Shown here one piece after another: positions 56,191 to 64,000 of a stretch of 64,000 nucleotides of DNA (position 1 is the stretch's first letter; each line of letters opens with the position of its first letter). The notes beneath the pieces were generated by a model that ran no database searches, was not told the DNA's origin, and saw only the letters and a program-made list of their open reading frames with translations. Both the position numbers and the translations under genes were made by a program. This stretch comes from Octopus sinensis (taxonomy: Eukaryota). Where the stretch lies: positions 48,360,001-48,424,000 of the forward strand of contig NC_043005.1 of assembly GCF_006345805.1 (NCBI RefSeq), given 5' to 3'.

Positions 56191-56395
56191 ATTATATATT
56201 TCGAGATCTGCATTTTTATTTCTTGGCTTCCGATATCCATAAAATATGCATCAGTGATGTACTTGGGTCTATGTAATTTTGTTATATTTATGGTTCCCAA
56301 TTTTTTGTGACTTAGCATTCCCTTTCCCTAAAAGCGTTTTCTAAACTTATAAACGTTTCCTAGCTTTGTATTGCAATATATATATATATATATAT

Positions 56396-56435
<40 letters not shown>

Positions 56436-56480
56436 CATATATACATGTATTATATATATATGTATGTATATGTATGTGTA

Positions 56481-56519
<39 letters not shown>

Positions 56520-56565
56520 CATATACATATATATATATATACATATATATACATATCTATATATA

Positions 56566-56604
<39 letters not shown>

Positions 56605-56614
56605 GATTTTCAGA

Positions 56615-56925
56615 AGGAGATAATAAACCCAAGGCTGTGAGAATTTTGAACATTATAAATATAAATAGAAGGTCTTACAGCTGTTTCCGGAATATTCTAT
56701 ATATCCCTTTATCGGAAACGGTGTGAGAAAATGGTTAAGAAATAGTTAATTTAGATAAGATATGAAATAGAGAGTGAAGTGGAGGAATGAAAACAGATGT
56801 AATATATGCAGGGATATTGCATTTGTAGATCCATTGTTTAGGCAGAATGGTATACATATGAGATTCTAAAAACTTGTGAGTAAATTCCAATAGTATTTAA
56901 AATTGGTCATTCCAACTATAGAGTT
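56615..56925 (-). mobile_element. Penelope pLTR-like fragment with a decayed hammerhead, same family as the 4051 palindrome
   Basis: Minus strand CCGATAA-agggatat..atattccg-GAAA-cagct-GTA-agac; shares gtaaattccaatag with 4299. Confidence 0.65.
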
Positions 56926-57810
56926 TGTACTTGGTATTGTACAAACTCTTATCAAGAGGCTTGACAAGCAGTCGAGATAGGCACTGAAATCAATTGTGTT
57001 ATCCGCCTAGGTTATCTCACCAGGAATAGTAGGGAAAATTACCGTTGGAAAGCCGCACGTATTTGTTTGAATGTCAAGTAACTTGTTGCATTACGGTTCG
57101 CCAAAGAGCAAATTATAACTTTTTATTGCCATATTGCGCCTGCGATTTTAGTCTGCTCGCCGGTTTAGTTTTAACCAACGGTGAATGCATAAATATATAC
57201 ACGGACAAATATGCTCTCTATCTCTCTCTATCTTTCTCTCTCTCTCACTCTTCTCTTTTTCTCTCTTTCTCTTACACACAGACACACACACACACATGTA
57301 GATACGATTCTCGAAACTATACGCTCTGAGATGTAATACTTGCTACGAAATCCTACTTGCAATGTCATTCATCAACCTGACACTGTAATAAAAGACATTT
57401 GTCCCGTCTGCCATGCCACGCATTGAGAACGAAACCAGAAACCATACGGTTGGAAAGTGAAAGCTGCTCTTATGCATTTCTCACTAGACTTTATTTTTCA
57501 TTGTTAAAGCAGCTCTGTACCAATAAGACCTCACACATGAACAAGTACTTAAATTCAGCTCTAGACAGACCTAACTACAAACAGTTGTTAAGATGCATAT
57601 ACAAGCACAAAAGTCATAAATGCACTCAGTGATATTCTTACAAGAGAAGGCAATGAGAAAAACGCATTAACAAACCATGTTCACTCATACACATATGATA
57701 ATGTACACAAATACGCGTGTACATTCCCCCTTCTCTCTCTCTAAACAGACATACATACGTTTATATATATACATCTATGTGTGTGTGTATGTATGTATGT
57801 ATATATATAT

Positions 57811-57813
<3 letters not shown>

Positions 57814-57872
<59 letters not shown>

Positions 57873-57957
57873 AAGAAGAAGAAGAAGCAGAAGAAGAAGA
57901 AGAAGAAGAAGAAGAAGAAGAAGAAGAAGAAGAAGAAGAAGAAGAAGAAGAAGAAGA
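57814..57957. repeat. (AAT)n-(AAG)n microsatellite
   Basis: Direct inspection. Confidence 0.95.
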
Positions 57958-58031
57958 ATAGGGAATATAATTCCAAAACTTACAGGGAAACATCCAATTT
58001 AACAATTTTAAATCATATTTCACAATATATA

Positions 58032-58581
58032 ATATGTGTATATAATTTAGAGAAAAACCTCTATTAAACAATTCAATAAAGAAAGATGTTATTCACACCA
58101 TATAGAAAACATATACTATTATAAAAAACCTTATTCTAAAATTCAATAAAGTACAATAAATAGTAAATAGAGTTAACGAAAATCCTTCGATAAGATAAGT
58201 TATATTTTTATATAATTATAGAAATATTGTTAAATGCTTTTCGATTATTTATAGTTAATACACGTGTTTTTATATATTTATTTAATAAATAGTATAAGTT
58301 AAGATAAGTACATTTATTCTATTATTATCATATTATTATTATTTATTATTTTAGGCCTGATGAGTGACTATATTTTAAATAGAATTAATTTTAGATCAAT
58401 TTAATTTTAAATCGAATTGATTTTATTATCTATTTGAAAATATAGCCACGAAACGCGCGTAGTCTTTATTAATTTTTAGAATAAGGTTTTTTATAGTATT
58501 TGTTTTTTAAATGGTGTGAATAACATTTCTCATTATTGAATTGTTTAATAGAGGTTTTTCTGAAAATTATATGCATACATA
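58032..58581. mobile_element. Penelope-like inverted terminal structure (about 120-bp arms) enclosing a hammerhead
   Basis: 58032-58154 is the imperfect reverse complement of 58459-58581. Confidence 0.75.
58353..58465 (+). ncRNA. Type-I hammerhead ribozyme, intact core, 86-nt stem II
   Basis: Stem I aggc/gtct; CTGATGA 58357-63; stem II gtgactatatttt-aaataga..agatcaatt / aattgattt..tctattt-g-aaaatatagccac; GAAA 58450-53; perfect palindrome ACGCGCGT; GUA triplet 58459-61. Confidence 0.8.
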
Positions 58582-58582
58582 T

Positions 58583-58638
<56 letters not shown>

Positions 58639-58639
58639 A

Positions 58640-58778
58640 CTCCAAACGGGAAAACAAAAAAACAACAACACGTGGAACAATACAGTATTATATAATAGGC
58701 GCTCAGGAAATATGGAAGCAGGAAGGTATGACGTTTCGAGCGGAGCTTTTCGTCGGAAACATAAAGAAGGAAGAGAGA

Positions 58779-58780
<2 letters not shown>
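58640..58780 (-). mobile_element. Short pLTR-like island in (TA)n with a decayed hammerhead
   Basis: Minus strand CCGACGA-aaagc tcc gctc-GAAA-c-GTC; related to 17092-17238. Confidence 0.55.
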
Positions 58781-58840
<60 letters not shown>

Positions 58841-58949
58841 ATGTATGGTGGTGCCCCAGCATGGCCGCGGCCTTCGGGCTAAAACATTTTTAAGGATTTA
58901 AGGATTTAAGGATGTATTCATATATAGTGAGAAAGGGGATGGAGGAAGA

Positions 58950-59575
58950 GTGCAGGTATGGCTGTGTGGTTAAAAAGCTTGCTTCATGAGCATGTGGGCC
59001 TAGGACCAGTCCTACTGCGAATGTCTTCTACTGTAGCCACGGGAAGACTAATGCCTTATGGGTGGATTTGGTAACCGAAATCTGAAAGTACCCCATTATA
59101 TGTGCGTGTGTGTGTGTGTGTTTGCACGCGTGTGCTTGTGTGTGTGGTTGTGTGGTAAAATCCAGCTTCCCAACCACATGGATTCGGGTTCAGTCCCACT
59201 GCGTTGCACCTTAGGCAAGTGTCTTCTGCTATAGCCTCGGACTAACCGAAGCCTTGTGAGTGGATTGGCAGATTGAAACTGAAAGAAGCCCGTCATATGT
59301 GTGTGTGTGTGTATGCGTGTGTGTGAGTGTGTGTGTGTGTGTGTGTCTGCGTGTCTGTGTATTTGTGCTTATCTATGTGTGTGTTTGACCCCACCACCAC
59401 TTAACAACCGACGTTGGTGTGTTTACATCCTCGTAATAAAGCGGTTCGGCAAGAGATACTGATAGATTAAGTACTAGGCTTAAAACACAATAATGCCTGG
59501 AGTCGATTTTTTCGACTAAAATCCTTCAAGGTGGTGCCCCAGCATGGCGGCATTCAAGTAACTTAAACAAGGAAC
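58950..59575 (+). mobile_element. SINE family B: 5' half (58950-59095) and a full copy (59140-59575)
   Basis: tgtgtggtaa...gggttcagtcccactgcgttgcaccttaggcaagtgtcttctgctatagcc...(GT)n...gcggttcggcaa...ggtggtgccccagcatgg. Confidence 0.9.
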
Positions 59576-59607
59576 TATAATATATATATATGTATGTGTG
59601 TGTATGT

Positions 59608-59659
<52 letters not shown>

Positions 59660-60269
59660 CATCATCACCACCTACTATGTTTCCCCCCTCACTGTTTCCG
59701 TCTTTCTCTGTATGGTCAATTGCATTGAATTTAGGAGATCAAAATCTAGCCCTTCCGACAGAAGGTTTCATGTTATTCACCAGCAATTGAAAACCTAGAA
59801 CATCTAACACCAATATCATAAGACCACAGAATGTCTCCCAAGTTGAACTGAACTGAAAATGAACGAGTGCAGCCCCTTATTCGTCAGAGAACATTAGCAA
59901 ATTTAGCTTTTTGATAGTGTTTGTGTATGGAAATACATACAACACAACAAATCTTGACTGTTGTTTTAGTTCTAAACAATGACAATATCAGTTATGTTGA
60001 TAAAGGAGAAGCCTATTTTTTTTTCAGACACATACACATATGCGCATCCATATACGCGCATGCACACAAATACACACGCACACACGCACGCAACCTCCTC
60101 TGCTTTCTTCCGCTAGAACCCTTAACATGCTTCGCACAGTGGGATGCTGTCGTATCACGCTGTGAGCAGTAATTTCATTATTTATTTACCTGCTGAAACT
60201 AGAGATATTAAGACGGTGATAGGATAGGAGCAAGTGATAGTAGAGTATAATAACGGTGATGTATGTATG

Positions 60270-60329
<60 letters not shown>

Positions 60330-60563
60330 CATACATACATCACATATATGTATACACTCATGAACACATGTACATATATATATATATGTATGTATGTGTG
60401 TATGTGTGTGTGTATGTGTGTGTGTACATACACATGTACGCACACACATTTTATACTTATGTATATATGTTTATACATATATATATATATGTGTGTGTAT
60501 GTGCATATGTATTTTTAAATGTGAATATCTGTAGCTATTGCTCTCTTTATAATTATATACGTG

Positions 60564-60595
<32 letters not shown>

Positions 60596-60659
60596 TACAC
60601 ACATACGTGTATATATATATATATATATATATATACATACACACATACATATATATAAA

Positions 60660-60890
60660 GGCGGCGAGCTGGCAGAAACGTTAGCGCGCCGGGCAAAATG
60701 CTTAGCGGTATTTCGTCTGTCGTTACGTTGTGAGTTCAAATTCCGCCGAGGTCGACTTCGCCTTTCATCCTTTCGGGGTCGATAAATTAAGTACCAGTTA
60801 CCCACTGGGGTCGATGTAATCGACTTAATCCGTTTGTCTGTCCTTGTTTGTCCCCTCTATGTTTAGCCCCTTGTGGGTAGTAAAGAAATA
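60660..60890 (+). mobile_element. Best-preserved SINE family A copy
   Basis: ggcggcgagctggcagaaacgttagc (A-box-like), gagttcaaattcc (B box), gcctttcatcctttcggggtcgataaattaagtaccag (Meta/MESC-type domain), tail ...gtgggtagtaaagaaata. Confidence 0.95.
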
Positions 60891-60991
60891 CATATATATA
60901 TATGATATCATATACGTACATGTATATACGTACATGTATATAAACATATACGTACATGTATATACGTACATGTATATAAACATATAAATGC

Positions 60992-61040
<49 letters not shown>

Positions 61041-61864
61041 TACATATATGCGTGTCTATTAGAATGTGTGTATGTGTGCGTAGGTGTGTGCGTGTGTATT
61101 TGTATGTAACATAGTTTGTATAAATATACATATATATATATATGTATGTATAAATATATATACACATGCATATATACATACATACAAACATACATATATA
61201 TATATATTATATATATATTATATATATATATATATACATACATACATACATATAAAGGTGAGCGGGCTGATACTGATAGAGTGAAAGAGAGAGAGAAGTG
61301 GGGAGGAAGGCATGAATATTGAGCTGGTAGGGAAGGGGAACGCATCGTGTCTTATCCTGCCAATTTTGCTAACTAAAAAGAAAAACCCGGTGTTTACACT
61401 AAGGAAGATATAACGCTATGTTGCAATGAAGAGATTTAATGCAGTTGATAGCACTTGATATTGCTCAACGCGTTCGTTTATATAATAACACTGGGATAAA
61501 AAGAGTTGCGTGGAAGTGAGACAGATTTTTGGCTTTTAAGATGTGACATGCCATGCAACTTTACCATTACTCATATACTTTTAACACATAGAACATATGT
61601 GAACTCAATGTGTTAAATCTAACCGCCAGCTTCTTATAAGCAACAGCCAAAATGCGTGTTTGTCTTATGTTTGCTTATCTCTTCATGTGTATGAGTACAT
61701 GTATGTGTATGGATATGTGTTCGTATTAAGAGTGTGAACAGCTAACTAGATTCTTTTACTCGTTTTTTTTTATTGCGTCACTCGATTCATTTATTAGACT
61801 GCGGCCATGCTGTAACATTGTCTTAAATTGTATTTTTTTTTGTTTTATTTTTTAGTCGATTACA

Positions 61865-62492
61865 TTGCGTGCCCTAGTAGTTCGTGAGCTGCCGTCTCGA
61901 TCACGATATCGTGGTTTCGATTCCCGGGCCGGCCGCACGTTGTGTTCTTGAGCGAAACACTTCATGTCACATTTCTCTAGTCCACTCAGTTGCAAGTGGG
62001 TAACGCTGCGGTGGACTGGCGTTCCGATCAGGATAGAATGTGAACAACCTGTCAACCTATCCAGTGGGTGTGGCAAAATTCGGAAGCTGAAACAATGCGA
62101 AGCGCATTGTAACTAGCAATGTGTAACAACATTTGGTGGGAATTTATAAAAAAGCCCAATATTCCTCCTTCTTGTTAGAATATACACAATGTGTGCGCGA
62201 TGAGTGTTTGTGTTAGAATGAGAGAAACAATGATCGTGTGACCGACCAGACTATTAGATTTTGTTATACATCACTGATCACAATGCGCTTTGCATTGCTT
62301 TAGCCTTCAAATAACGCCATCCCGCTGGCTAGGCGAGCAAGACAACGTTACATCCCTGATCGAAAATGGGACTGAATCAAAGTGAAATGGTGTGTTTTGC
62401 TCAAGAACACACCAGTTTGCCTAGTTTGGAAATCGAACTCACGATCTAGTGAATGTGAATGCCACAGCCTAACCACTAGGCCACGCGCCTTC
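61865..62492. mobile_element. Tail-to-tail inverted pair of SINE family D (61865-62138 +, 62240-62492 -)
   Basis: Shared ggtttcgattcc / gttcttgagc head and aatgcgaagcgcattgt..tgtgtaacaaca tail in opposite orientations. Confidence 0.8.
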
Positions 62493-62511
62493 ACTATATG
62501 TGTATGTATGA

Positions 62512-62542
<31 letters not shown>

Positions 62543-63050
62543 TGTATGTATGTACGTATGTATGTATGTATGTATGTATGTATGTATGTATGTATGTATG
62601 TATGTATGTATGTATGTATGTATGTATGTACGGACGGATGGATTGAAGTATGTATGTACGTGTGTATATATATGTTTCTTCTATTTTTTAATTATTATAA
62701 ATCTTCCACTGAGGAGGGAGCCGGGTTCCATCCATCTTTGAGATATAGTTAACACATACAAATTCACATTTGGAACTTGGGAAAAGTTTTATGTATGTAT
62801 GTATGTATGTATGTATGTATGTATGTATATATATATGCATGTATGTATGCATGTATGTATGTATGCATGTATGTATGTGTGTATGTGCGTGTGTATGTAT
62901 GTATGCATGTGTTTAAACATTGTAGGACCGGGAATAGGAAATTGCTCGAAATGATGGTATATGACGATGTAAAACAAGGAGATCTTTTTGAAATTTGTAG
63001 TTCTATCAATATTATGATAAAAAAATTCTGGGGTAATAATTGGTATATTG

Positions 63051-63520
63051 GCACAGGCGTAGCTGTGTGTAAGAAAGTTGTTTCCCAGTCATATGGTTGC
63101 GGGTTCAGCCTTCTACTATAGTCTTGGCCGACAAAAGCCTTCTGAGTGGATTTGGAAGATGGAAACTGAAAGATATGTATATATCTACGTGTCAGTGTCT
63201 TTTTGACAGCGTTTGTCCCCCATCACCTCTCGACAACCGGTGTTGGTATGTTTACATCTCTGTAACATAAGAGTGTGAACAGCTAACTAGATTCTTTTAC
63301 TCGGGGTTTTTTTATTGCGTTACTGGATTCATTTATTAGACTGCGGCCATGCTGTAACATTGTCTTAAATTGTTCGGCAAAATAGACTGATAGAATAAGT
63401 AATAGGCTTAGAAAAAAAAATCAATCCTGGTTTCGATTTGATCAACTGAAACTCTTCAAGACGCTGCCCCAGCACGGCCGCAGTCAAATGACTGAAACAA
63501 GTGAAAGATAAAAGATAAAA
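63051..63520 (+). mobile_element. SINE family B carrying a 105-bp locally templated insert
   Basis: Family B head and tail; insert 63268-63373 duplicates 61727-61831. Confidence 0.88.
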
Positions 63521-64000
63521 GACATAAATTTTTCAATATTTTGTAAATAGTGCAAACATTTTGCGAACATAGTACCATCAGTTTTAGTTAAATTTTTGTT
63601 GCCATTCTTAAAATCTTCAGTACTCCTGTTATCTTTGACAGTACCAGTGATAAATCTACTTCTTGACTGCTGTGACCCATCCTTTTCGGCTAGTGGTTTG
63701 TAACTGTGACATTTATGAATTTTCGGTAATGTTTTATATTAATTACAAAATGCTAAGTCTTCATTAAAGCAACTTATCAACGGTTTGATCTGTCGTTTTC
63801 AACGGGTGCACCATGCATCATTCTCTATAATAAAACTGTCATCATTTTTGTAGCGAAGTGCAAATTAGTAGTAGTAAATAATAATGTTACCTTTTCTACT
63901 CTTGAAATTTAAGCTTTTTCAAAGAAAGTGAATGCGACGCCGTTACATTCATCTCATTTTCCAGAACATTAACAACAAAAGTCAGGTGGTGCAAATGTGC

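Overview
Very AT-rich, microsatellite-dense eukaryotic DNA. It is most likely intronic or intergenic sequence from an octopus (coleoid cephalopod); this comes from my recognition of the SINE families and is not verified by a search. I find no intact host protein-coding exon, tRNA, rRNA or CRISPR array. Nearly all listed ORFs are read-throughs of (TA)n, (CA)n, (ATGT)n, (GATA)n or (AAT)n repeats. The recognisable content is decayed mobile DNA: (1) about 30 copies of four tRNA-derived SINE families; (2) a 5'-truncated R4/Dong-like RLE LINE plus two 3' fragments, all in or next to (TAA)n arrays; (3) two RTE-clade 3' ends and a Jockey-like RT remnant; (4) a Penelope-like (Neptune-type) RT + GIY-YIG remnant; (5) DD34D mariner, DD37D maT and Tc1 remnants, a hAT-type MITE and several long fold-back palindromes. 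The most interesting signal is about ten minimal type-I hammerhead-ribozyme motifs (CUGANGA...GAAA...NUH) of several families, on short islands between microsatellites. Three have intact catalytic cores (19887-19959, 53459-53545, 58353-58465). One related pair has an unusually long stem II, and one copy sits inside an inverted repeat whose arm ends at the predicted cleavage site.
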